From a virus (taxonomy: Duplodnaviria > Caudoviricetes): a stretch of 64,000 bases of DNA. Location of the stretch: the IMG/VR virus record IMGVR_UViG_3300044614_001923, one strand, 5' to 3'. The translations under genes and the position numbers were made by a program. This document shows, piece after piece, positions 13,539-22,200 of this stretch. Each line of letters opens with the position of its first letter. The first letter of the stretch is position 1. The notes below the pieces were generated by a model. It was not told the DNA's origin. It was given only the letters and a program-made list of their open reading frames with translations, and made no database searches.

Positions 13539-16500
13539 TCAATCAAACCTTGAAGACATATTATCCTGCGCTCTTTGAGCAGCAGCACGACGTTTTGCTA
13601 CTTTTTGAGCTGGAGATGCTGGAGCTCCATATTCACCAGCCTTAGGTGGTTTTTTGCCTGGTTCTTTTTTCTTTCCTCTTGGCTGAACTCCCAACCTACC
13701 AGACCCCATGCTCTTCATTACGGATCTCATTACTTGAGATCTTGTATCATTACCACCCATTGTTCCACCTTTTACAGATGGTTTTCCAGTTTTGTAGTCC
13801 TTACCAGTCTCCTTTTCATAACGATTTAATTCACTTACGAACTCTTCACCCATAGCATCCTGCTTACGTTGCTTCTTAGGATTCTTAGTTTTATCTGCAG
13901 AGTAGTTACTATCATCACCCTCAGGGTCTACAGAACTACGATGTCTTGTACTTCTTTCTTCATCATCCAGTTTTGAACGGTTGGACTTTGCCTCATCTGG
14001 AGAATATGTTCTACCACTGTTGTACCATTCTTTACCTACATGACCTCTCTTCTTAGCATCGGCAGAGGCTTCTCTACGCTTGAGTTTTCTGCGGTTTGCT
14101 TTGAAGTCCTTCATAGTCATACCTTCTTCAATTTCAAATTCAACCTCTTCCATTTCCATTGGAAGTTTTCCTTGCTTTTGCAGCGCCAATTCTTGCCTCT
14201 GAAGCATTTGCTTCTTCTGGATCATCTTCTGACGATTAGCAAGTTGTTGCTTTCTGAGCATTTCCGCTTTCTTGTCTTCAGTACCAGAACCCTGCTGTTG
14301 CTGAGCACCAACTTGCTGTTGCTCTTGATCCATTGCCTCTGCAACTCCACTGAGAGGTAACTTACCTTGTTTTTGCTGAGCAAGTTGTTGACGTTGAAGC
14401 ATTTGCTGCTTTTGAATCATCTTCTGACGATTAGCAATCATTTGCTTTCTTTGAATATCGTCTTGCTTAGCAGTGGTTCCTGATGGAGGAGTTGTTTCTC
14501 TTCCAGGCAGTTGAGTTACTGCTTCACCTAATTTTTTACCGCCGCGGCGGGCAGTGAGAACAGCGGCAATAGCAGCCTTTCTTCTTTCTTCCTTAGTTCT
14601 TCCTGCCAGTTGAGGAGATTGAGAGGAATAGAAGTCTTTGATTGCTGTTCCCATATCAGTTTTAGCAGTGATCTTTTCATCAATTACTGCAACCTCTTCT
14701 TCCATTCTACGAGCAACATTTCTAGCACCTCTAGAAACTGATCTTGCACCACTAGCAATTGCTTTCTTTAGTCCACTCTTAAGAGTGGATCCAATTCTAG
14801 AAAGCATTCCAGATTTCTTACTGTCCTTCTTTGTAGAAGCTGTCTTATACTTAATTCTATAAGAACCAGAGGATTTTGTTCCTTCATCAGAATCATCATC
14901 ACCCTTACCTGCTTGATATCCTGCCTTTGCAGTTGAAGATACTTTTCCAGCAACTTCTTTTGCTTTTTCTCCTGCTGCTGCAGCTGCGGCGCCTGCTTTC
15001 TTAGCAGCACCAACTGCCTTACCTGCGACATATCCAGCACCATAAGCTACTGATTTACCTGCAGATTTAATTCTATCACCAACACTCTTTACAGTATCCT
15101 TTACTTTTTGAGTTTTTTCTGCTCTTCTTTCAGCTGTCTTATTTTTAGCAATTAGTTTTGCATTCTTCTTAGAAGTTGCAGCTGCCAATGCATAACGATC
15201 TTCTTCGACCAATAAACTTTCTAAAGAAATATCTAGAGATTCCGTAAGTACTTCTTGAATCTCATCAATATCATATCCCTCATCAATACACTCATAGAAG
15301 ACTTCAGTTACAACCTCTTCAATTAGATCATTAGAAAGGAAATATAGTTCTGAATTTGTGAGTTCTTCAAGAACATGTTCAAACTCTTCACCTCTAACAA
15401 GTCTAGCAGCAAGTCTGGATGCTCCACTTACTCCAGAAGCAAATCCTTTAGCAACAGTAGATGCTCCCTTTGCTGCCTTACCAATTGTCTTCCCAGTTTC
15501 ACGAGCAGCACTCATTGCTTCTCTATGTCTTTTCATTCCCTTATTTACTTCTCTAGCAATTGCATCAAGAACAGGTCTTTTCTTTGGTTGACTTTCTTTT
15601 GCAGTGTCTACAGCTGCTTTTACTTCTGGTTTTGCTTCAACTTTTCTATTTTTCTTGACAGTAGATGACGGACCTTCAGAATCAATCTTTCTAGTTAAAC
15701 CATACTTCTTTAAAGCAGCGTTAGTTGAACTCTGAACTTTGCTTCCCTTTGGACCCTTAAGAGGTGCTCCTGCTGCTTTCTTCTGTAAGCGTGTTTCTAC
15801 TTTTTCAGTAATTACAGACTCGTTAAGTTCAAAAATAAACTCAACAAAAGCATCTAAACCAAGTTCTTCAATTACAATTTCAACTCCCTCATCATTTAAT
15901 CCCTCATTGAAGAAATATTCTGCTGCTACATTAATAGATTCATTAATAAATTCTTCAGTCAATTCAATAGATTCAATTATAACAGATTCCTCAAGTTTGG
16001 GGGAAAGATTGATGCACTTATCTTTTCCGTTATAATTATTGACTTTTTTTTCTTTTACTTGATTTTTTTTTTGAATCTCAATATCATCAGATACTACTTC
16101 ACGAAGATCTTCTCTCCAGTTTGAGAATCCCTCTTCAACCTTACCTTTTCTATTTGACATCGCATTGCCAATTGCTTTGCGGCGCTTCAAAAGATATTGG
16201 TCATTTTTATCTTTTTTCGCTGGAATTCCGTCATTATCAATATCACCTTTAGAATCTTCTTTACCTACTGGATCAAGTCCCTTACCAGAGGTAACTTTTG
16301 CAGTTTGACTACCTTTTTTTGCTTCTCCTTCATAAGGAGAACCATACTGAGTCATTTCAACTGAAGAAATATTTTTATTTGCTCTCAGTTGATTAATCTT
16401 TTCTCTGGTTGCCATACGAACATATGACTTACCAGTAAGTCTATCAGTTACACGTACTTGATACTTCTTAGTTTCTACTTCTTCTTTAACTGGGGTAGAT

Positions 16501-16829
16501 CCACCTCCTCCACCAGCAGGACCAATTCCAAGTTTTTCTTTAACTGCTTTCTTTTCAACAGCATTCATTGAAGTATTTGACATGTACTGATTGAATGCTT
16601 GCTCTAGAGGAACATCCTCTCTTCTTGCTCTATATCTAATATCATAAACTGCTTGGCGTACTCTCTTCATTTCACCTTCTTCACCACCGCCAGATGGAGC
16701 AGCACCTCCTTTCTTTTCTGGTCCAGATGGACTCGCTGGTGCTGATGCAGATGCCTTTCCAAGCTGTGGTTTAAACACCTCCTCAACGTAAATAGAAGAG
16801 ATGTCATTAAAAATATTATTGGTTGTCAT
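13539..16829 (-). CDS. 1096-aa modular protein with alternating basic and acidic blocks; putative capsid-internal precursor
   Basis: Late promoter ATAAATA at 16863-16869; repeated [LIV]xE|[AG] junctions; modules shared with the 489-aa protein. Confidence 0.8.
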   Translation of the reverse strand: MTTNNIFNDISSIYVEEVFKPQLGKASASAPASPSGPEKKGGAAPSGGGEEGEMKRVRQAVYDIRYRARREDVPLEQAFNQYMSNTSMNAVEKKAVKEKLGIGPAGGGGGSTPVKEEVETKKYQVRVTDRLTGKSYVRMATREKINQLRANKNISSVEMTQYGSPYEGEAKKGSQTAKVTSGKGLDPVGKEDSKGDIDNDGIPAKKDKNDQYLLKRRKAIGNAMSNRKGKVEEGFSNWREDLREVVSDDIEIQKKNQVKEKKVNNYNGKDKCINLSPKLEESVIIESIELTEEFINESINVAAEYFFNEGLNDEGVEIVIEELGLDAFVEFIFELNESVITEKVETRLQKKAAGAPLKGPKGSKVQSSTNAALKKYGLTRKIDSEGPSSTVKKNRKVEAKPEVKAAVDTAKESQPKKRPVLDAIAREVNKGMKRHREAMSAARETGKTIGKAAKGASTVAKGFASGVSGASRLAARLVRGEEFEHVLEELTNSELYFLSNDLIEEVVTEVFYECIDEGYDIDEIQEVLTESLDISLESLLVEEDRYALAAATSKKNAKLIAKNKTAERRAEKTQKVKDTVKSVGDRIKSAGKSVAYGAGYVAGKAVGAAKKAGAAAAAAGEKAKEVAGKVSSTAKAGYQAGKGDDDSDEGTKSSGSYRIKYKTASTKKDSKKSGMLSRIGSTLKSGLKKAIASGARSVSRGARNVARRMEEEVAVIDEKITAKTDMGTAIKDFYSSQSPQLAGRTKEERRKAAIAAVLTARRGGKKLGEAVTQLPGRETTPPSGTTAKQDDIQRKQMIANRQKMIQKQQMLQRQQLAQQKQGKLPLSGVAEAMDQEQQQVGAQQQQGSGTEDKKAEMLRKQQLANRQKMIQKKQMLQRQELALQKQGKLPMEMEEVEFEIEEGMTMKDFKANRRKLKRREASADAKKRGHVGKEWYNSGRTYSPDEAKSNRSKLDDEERSTRHRSSVDPEGDDSNYSADKTKNPKKQRKQDAMGEEFVSELNRYEKETGKDYKTGKPSVKGGTMGGNDTRSQVMRSVMKSMGSGRLGVQPRGKKKEPGKKPPKAGEYGAPASPAQKVAKRRAAAQRAQDNMSSRFD
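14158..14452 (-). repeat. Internal duplication of an about 33-aa Gln-rich module
   Basis: RKQMIANRQKMIQKQQMLQRQQLAQQKQGKLPL vs RKQQLANRQKMIQKKQMLQRQELALQKQGKLPM; also recognisable at DNA level. Confidence 0.85.
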
Positions 16830-16845
16830 TGTTGTAGAATTCGTA

Positions 16846-18111
16846 CTATTTCTTCTTATACTTATTTATGAAATTCTTAATTTCTTTTGTTCCCGTCATT
16901 TTCATTGTATATTCACGATATGCATCCGTTCCAACTTCTCTTTGGTCGGCAGGAACTCCAGATTTGTTAGTAAATCCACTTTGAATATTTCTTGTTTGAG
17001 GGACAAATGCTCCGTATGATACGGGTTTATGATCCTCTTTATCTGCTGCTTTTTTAGATTCCACCACATCTTTAATCCAACATTTAAACATAATACTATC
17101 TTCAGTAACGCAAATCAAATAATTTGTTCCTCTACGAATAATACGTCCAACTAGTCCAGTATTAAGATTTTCAACAATATCTCCAATTCTAAAAATGTTT
17201 TCTTGGATATAATTTTCACGAAGGTTTTTCCAATCCAACTTAGGAGCAATTTCCCAAAGATTCCATCCCTCTTTAATATTCATTGCAGCACGAATGGTAT
17301 TATAGAGTTCTTTTGCTTGTTTCTCATTGAATGTGGAAGGAACTCCTTTTCTAAAGGTTTTAAAATCTCCTTCTGCTGCGGCCTTTCTTTGCTTAGATGC
17401 AGACATACCAGACACATCATCTTCAGAATCAGGATCCCTTTCCCCAGCAGAACGAACTTCTAAATTATCAAATTGATAGAGTTTACCATTATAATTATTG
17501 GAAAGTTTTTCAAACTCATTAACTCTATCAGCACCACCTACAATTCTTACGTTAGTATATCCATCCATATGTGCCTTTTTAAGAACATCGAAGATGGTAC
17601 GATTTGCCTGATCATTTATAATTCTTTCACTATGCTGAGGAAACATTTGCCTCATAACAGAAACTTTAGTATCAGCATCTAATGGATTCTTTTTCTTATC
17701 CTGACTTCTTGATGGAACAATAATATAATCACCATCATCAGAAGATGTTGCTACGGTATTTAAAAGTTTTTCATGTCCAGTTGTTGGTGGATTGAACCGC
17801 CCAAAAGCAATAGTTAAAGTTCCTTTTGTTTTTGGTACTGGAGGTGGACCTTCCACTTGAGGTTCTTGCTGAGACTGAACTTCTTTTGGAATTTCTTGAT
17901 CCTTTACTTTTTTTTCTTGAGGAGGGTCTTGCTTTCCAATTTTTTGATTTTTATTATAAAACTTAAGTTTTCCACCCTCAGTCTTCGCTGTAAATTCTCC
18001 ATTTTTATCGTACCATCCACCATGCCCATCTCCAGTTAAACCGAGACGAGATGCTTGCTGAACAGCAAGAGACTTTGATGCTTCAGAAAGAAATTGTAAA
18101 AAACTTTTCAT
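16846..18111 (-). CDS. Cytidylyltransferase-like (HIGH-superfamily) nucleotidyltransferase
   Basis: TIAFGRFNPPTTGHEKLL, VGADRV, MSASKQR motifs; ATG at 18111 (MKSFLQFLSEA) follows late promoter 18132-18138. Confidence 0.88.
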   Translation of the reverse strand: MKSFLQFLSEASKSLAVQQASRLGLTGDGHGGWYDKNGEFTAKTEGGKLKFYNKNQKIGKQDPPQEKKVKDQEIPKEVQSQQEPQVEGPPPVPKTKGTLTIAFGRFNPPTTGHEKLLNTVATSSDDGDYIIVPSRSQDKKKNPLDADTKVSVMRQMFPQHSERIINDQANRTIFDVLKKAHMDGYTNVRIVGGADRVNEFEKLSNNYNGKLYQFDNLEVRSAGERDPDSEDDVSGMSASKQRKAAAEGDFKTFRKGVPSTFNEKQAKELYNTIRAAMNIKEGWNLWEIAPKLDWKNLRENYIQENIFRIGDIVENLNTGLVGRIIRRGTNYLICVTEDSIMFKCWIKDVVESKKAADKEDHKPVSYGAFVPQTRNIQSGFTNKSGVPADQREVGTDAYREYTMKMTGTKEIKNFINKYKKK

Positions 18112-18140
18112 TTTTTGTGTTGATATACTTATATTTATGT

Positions 18141-19661
18141 TTATGTTCCGCCCCAAAGTCTGGGATCGATTCCTAGAGCATCTTGTAAATTACCAAGATT
18201 GTTTTTACTTCTTAACTTCATCCAATTTCCTTTCAACTTACTCCAATTATTTTTCGACATAATATCAAAATATAGACGAGTAGATCCTCTACTTGGATTA
18301 ACATTTTCTTTAGAAGTAACATAGACAACTTGCTCATTCAAAATTGCTCTATCATAAAACATCTCTTTAAAATTTAAAGAATTATTTGGTTCTGATGCTT
18401 TAGTAAATCCCTTTTCAAAAAATAAACTTAATGCTCCAACATTGGGTCTATAGTCTCTTCTACTACTTCTATTAATAACCGTATTGGTTAAAAGATCATT
18501 TAACTGTGGCATTACTTGTCCAACAGAATTTCTATTTTTAAGTAAAGAAGTTAAATCATCATTTTGAGACAGAGATGCTTTTTTAATTTTAGATGGATCA
18601 CAATTTTTAAAATAATTAACTAAAGTTGTTATTGCAGCATTTTTATTTCCAGAATATCTATGATGATCTAAGGCATAACGACATATTTCTCTAAATTGAC
18701 TTTCTTTAGATTTTGCAAGTATAGCAGCGGAGTACAATGGATATAAAGAAGATGTTTTTGATGCTTGAGGAGATGCTTTAGTAACTCCCCCCAGCATAGT
18801 GTAATATTCTCCAATATTTCCCTGACCCTTTGACCTTTTCCATTGATTTATTTCTCTAACGTTAGAAAATAAATCTTTTGGTTTTACGACATTTGGTGAT
18901 GAACCAAATGCAGCATTCTTAACAGATACTTTTATTGAATTTCCCTCAACCTGCCTAACGCCTGGAGGAACTAGAAAATAATCAACTAAAGGATAGTTTG
19001 CACCTACTGGAAAATAAACAGTCCACTTTGCAACTCCTCCTGGAATGTTTTCAACTCCAATCATTTTTCTTAGAGATGCCGATCCCGATAATCTTTTAAG
19101 TAAAGCATAAGCGGAAAATATTTCTATAGCTTCACTACCAAATTCTAAAATTCCATGAAAAGTAGTTGATAAATTTTTATCAAATTCGTCAAATGCTTTA
19201 GATACAACTGAGTTCCATATTACACTATCCTCACCAATATATTTCTTAACTGCATCTTTAATAGCTGCTGGAGTCAGTCTTTTTCCCTCAATACCAATAT
19301 CTTTTGGCTTCATCTTCCTGACTCTTTCAGATGAAGAAGTTCCTGGTTTTAAGACCAACCCATATGTTTTAGTTTGATCTACAAGAATTCCAACTTCACT
19401 TGATATTCTATTTCCAGATATTGTTGCTGACTTTTTCTTTGAAAAAACATAATTCTCAAGATATAGATTTTCTAAAATTCCATCAAATATAACTTGTCTC
19501 ACACTTCTACTTCTTGGCATATTTGAAACTTCATAAACAAATGTGCCATTTTCATTTATTTCAACAATACTATCTTCAGTGACGGAAATACTCCCCATAT
19601 TATTCTGAGATAAGACAGAACTTAAGATTGCAAAAATATTACTCTTTATAGAGTTTGCCAT
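18141..19661 (-). CDS. 506-aa orphan protein, possible PD-(D/E)xK-type nuclease
   Basis: Long AT-rich ORF; EFGSEAIE...FPVGANYPLVDY...KVSVK...NVVKPKD pattern; CTAAATA at 19687-19693. Confidence 0.55.
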   Translation of the reverse strand: MANSIKSNIFAILSSVLSQNNMGSISVTEDSIVEINENGTFVYEVSNMPRSRSVRQVIFDGILENLYLENYVFSKKKSATISGNRISSEVGILVDQTKTYGLVLKPGTSSSERVRKMKPKDIGIEGKRLTPAAIKDAVKKYIGEDSVIWNSVVSKAFDEFDKNLSTTFHGILEFGSEAIEIFSAYALLKRLSGSASLRKMIGVENIPGGVAKWTVYFPVGANYPLVDYFLVPPGVRQVEGNSIKVSVKNAAFGSSPNVVKPKDLFSNVREINQWKRSKGQGNIGEYYTMLGGVTKASPQASKTSSLYPLYSAAILAKSKESQFREICRYALDHHRYSGNKNAAITTLVNYFKNCDPSKIKKASLSQNDDLTSLLKNRNSVGQVMPQLNDLLTNTVINRSSRRDYRPNVGALSLFFEKGFTKASEPNNSLNFKEMFYDRAILNEQVVYVTSKENVNPSRGSTRLYFDIMSKNNWSKLKGNWMKLRSKNNLGNLQDALGIDPRLWGGT

Positions 19662-19695
19662 AAAACTAAAAGGTTACGCTTTTAGATATTTAGAA

Positions 19696-19768
19696 TGGAG
19701 AATAGGAGACTCGAACTCCTGACACCCGCCTTGCAAAGGCGATGCTCTACCAACTGAGCTAATTCCCC
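19696..19768 (-). tRNA. trnA: tRNA-Ala(TGC)
   Basis: GGGGAAT/ATTCTCC-A with G3:U70, loop TT-TGC-AA. Confidence 0.96.
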
Positions 19769-19830
19769 AGATGGATTAAGTGTGATATATCTCATAAGGA
19801 CATAACAGGGACTTAACCTCTATCTTATAT

Positions 19831-19864
19831 AGTATAAAACCCCTCAACTAAAAAGTCAAGGGGT
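19831..19864 (-). promoter_or_regulatory. Sigma70-like promoter TTGACT-N17-TATACT with the -35 box inside a terminator-like hairpin
   Basis: CCCCTTGACT-TTTT-AGTTGAGGGG-TTTT-ATACT. Confidence 0.75.
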
Positions 19865-19888
19865 CGGACTAACTTCCTGATTTAGTTA

Positions 19889-21358
19889 TCAGTGCTTTTC
19901 GTCACCACTAGGTGGTTTTGCCTTTGCCATTCTAGTTCCAGCAGCATCGCCAAACTTATCTCTTAGAGAAATTTTTTCTCTTCTTGGAGATACATATCCA
20001 ACTCCAGGAACTACACCTGTCTTACCAGCATCTCTTGCAGCATTTCTTGCTTCTGCTCTTGCTGCTGCTCTCTTACGATTTTTCTCGTAAGAACTCATTG
20101 CCTCATCAAGCCACGCTTCAAACTGTTCCTTAGCAATCTCACCCATTGCTTTTTGCTTACGGAGTTTCTTAGGATTCTTGGTTACGCCGCCAGGACCCTC
20201 TGAAGGATAGTCATGATCTTGAGTTCTTCCAACACCATGAACAGCACCAGATCTTGCTCTTTCTCTATCATTGGCAGTCATTTCACCTCTTCCGTAATGA
20301 GGACCACCTCTAAGAGATCTCCACATATGCTTCTCAGCGGACTTCACTTTTTTAGTTTTTTCTCCTCTTTGAGAATACTCAGATGCTGGTTTATTAGTTC
20401 TCTTACTAACAAGTTTTCCGTATGCTGCAGATGCTTTTGGAGTTTTACCGTAGGAACCTTCTGCTTCATCAAGATAAAACTCATACATATCATCCCAGGT
20501 GTAATCAGAAAGGTCATAACCTTCTTCTACCAGAGCATCTACCCAGAACTCAAACTCTTCTTTATTAATTTCTGCTGCTCTTCTTGCTGCTTTGCTTCCC
20601 TTTCCAACATTAGAATATGATTTTGGCCAATTGGAACCTGCTACTTTGCGATTGGGAGGAGTTCCCAGAAGTCCATCTTTATTAGAGCGTCTGATGTGCT
20701 TGATTAATGCAACATTATCACCTTGACCTGCTTTTGCTCTACCAGAAGCATGAGTACGGTTAGCAATCATTTCTGCTGCTTTTGCTTTACCCTTTTCACT
20801 GGTAATTGCTTCATCAAGTTCTTCCTCACCGAGAATAATATTAATCGCTTCCTCATCAATCAGATTTGCCATCATCCACTCAGCATCTTCAAAAGTTTCT
20901 GCATATCCCTCAACATAGAGAAACTCAAGAATAGTATCAAACAGATCAAAAGACTCATCTCCCATATTGAGTTGCTTTTTCTCATTAGGAGTCAATGCTG
21001 CAGATCCTCTCTGTGCTCCTCTTGCTGCCTGCTTTGCTTTTACTGCAGGGTCTGTAGACTTATGGGCATAACCATGTAGACCAGGACTTGAAGAAGTAGT
21101 CTTACGGAAATCTCCTCTTTGCTTTCTAGCAAGATTTTCCCTTGCTTTTTGCTTTTCACTATCTCCGTAAGTTGGTTTGTCTGCAAGTTTAGTTGCTCTA
21201 TCTGCTGCTGCACCACCACCAGTTGACTTAGCAATTTTTTGGCGAATAGGTGCCTCATCATAACCACGCTTTGCCATCGCAGTTGCTTCATCAACTTCTT
21301 GAGGAGTATGCACTTCAGCATACGCTTCCATTATGCCCTTAAAATCTTTGATGTCCAT
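19889..21358 (-). CDS. 489-aa modular basic/acidic protein; putative capsid-internal precursor
   Basis: Four [VL]DE|A junctions separate basic blocks from acidic linkers; TATAAATA at 21378-21385. Confidence 0.8.
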   Translation of the reverse strand: MDIKDFKGIMEAYAEVHTPQEVDEATAMAKRGYDEAPIRQKIAKSTGGGAAADRATKLADKPTYGDSEKQKARENLARKQRGDFRKTTSSSPGLHGYAHKSTDPAVKAKQAARGAQRGSAALTPNEKKQLNMGDESFDLFDTILEFLYVEGYAETFEDAEWMMANLIDEEAINIILGEEELDEAITSEKGKAKAAEMIANRTHASGRAKAGQGDNVALIKHIRRSNKDGLLGTPPNRKVAGSNWPKSYSNVGKGSKAARRAAEINKEEFEFWVDALVEEGYDLSDYTWDDMYEFYLDEAEGSYGKTPKASAAYGKLVSKRTNKPASEYSQRGEKTKKVKSAEKHMWRSLRGGPHYGRGEMTANDRERARSGAVHGVGRTQDHDYPSEGPGGVTKNPKKLRKQKAMGEIAKEQFEAWLDEAMSSYEKNRKRAAARAEARNAARDAGKTGVVPGVGYVSPRREKISLRDKFGDAAGTRMAKAKPPSGDEKH

Positions 21359-21401
21359 TTTACAAATACTTTTTAGTTATTTATAAAAATACCATATAGA
21401 G

Positions 21402-21575
21402 TCACTCAACTACTTGACTAATTGCATCATCAAGATCAGCAATCACTTCACGAAGTTCAAAGATACGAGGTGGAGTACTAATAGGATCTGTAGTATAACC
21501 CTTCTGAGCATCAAACAAAACCTGACGAACTGCTGCAGCAGAACGTATATCCATTTCAACGGTTACTTTACTCAT
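21402..21575 (-). CDS. 57-aa hypothetical MSKVTVEMDIRSAAAVRQVLFDAQKGYTTDPISTPPRIFELREVIADLDDAISQVVE (not in the ORF track)
   Basis: Manual translation; ATGA overlap with the upstream gene. Confidence 0.75.
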   Translation of the reverse strand: MSKVTVEMDIRSAAAVRQVLFDAQKGYTTDPISTPPRIFELREVIADLDDAISQVVE

Positions 21576-21787
21576 GATTCTTCCTCAACTTGCTTATTAA
21601 ATCCAGTAGATACTTTTTTCTTTTCTGCTCTTTTTTTGAGCACTAATCCAGAAAGAGATTCCATTACTTTAAGAATGTCTTCTGTTTTGCACCCTTCTCC
21701 AAGTTCAGATGCTACAAAATGATATTTTGGAAAGAACTCTTCTGAAACTTCTTTATAATCTTCTAGAGTAATTGGTTTATCACTCAT
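21572..21787 (-). CDS. Hypothetical protein
   Basis: 71-aa ORF, translationally coupled. Confidence 0.7.
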   Translation of the reverse strand: MSDKPITLEDYKEVSEEFFPKYHFVASELGEGCKTEDILKVMESLSGLVLKKRAEKKKVSTGFNKQVEEES

Positions 21788-22200
21788 ACATCTCCCTCAA
21801 CGCGATTCTCGGAACGATAGATATCAAAAGTTCCATTAGGATAACGAGCACTCAGTTTTTCATAGTTCATCTGAAGAACTTCTTCAAAATTAGTATCAAG
21901 AGCCATACATGCTTGAGCGAGATACCAACAAATATCTCCTAGTTCTCGTTTCAGATGAAAAATATTTTCTTCATTATATGGTTTTCCTTGAAGGAGAATT
22001 TTCTTTACAACTTCAGTAAACTCACCTGCCTCAGCACTCATACCCAGAGCAGCGGTTACTAGACGAGGAACATCGGCATCATCACTTGCTTCAAGTTCAC
22101 TAATACGAGCAAGAAGTTGTGCAACATCACTACTTGCAGGACTCGTTGTTTGACGTACAAAATCAATATACTTATTAGTGTCAATCACTTTATTAGTCAT
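21784..22200 (-). CDS. mazG: MazG-like NTP pyrophosphohydrolase
   Basis: ALGMSAEAGEFTEVVKK...ELGDICWY...NYEKLSARY. Confidence 0.93.
   Translation of the reverse strand: MTNKVIDTNKYIDFVRQTTSPASSDVAQLLARISELEASDDADVPRLVTAALGMSAEAGEFTEVVKKILLQGKPYNEENIFHLKRELGDICWYLAQACMALDTNFEEVLQMNYEKLSARYPNGTFDIYRSENRVEGDV

Noticed and set aside
16846-18111. The nucleotidyltransferase as a CCA-adding enzyme for the CCA-less tRNAs
   Set aside because: Its motif is HIGH-superfamily; CCA-adding enzymes belong to the Pol-beta superfamily.
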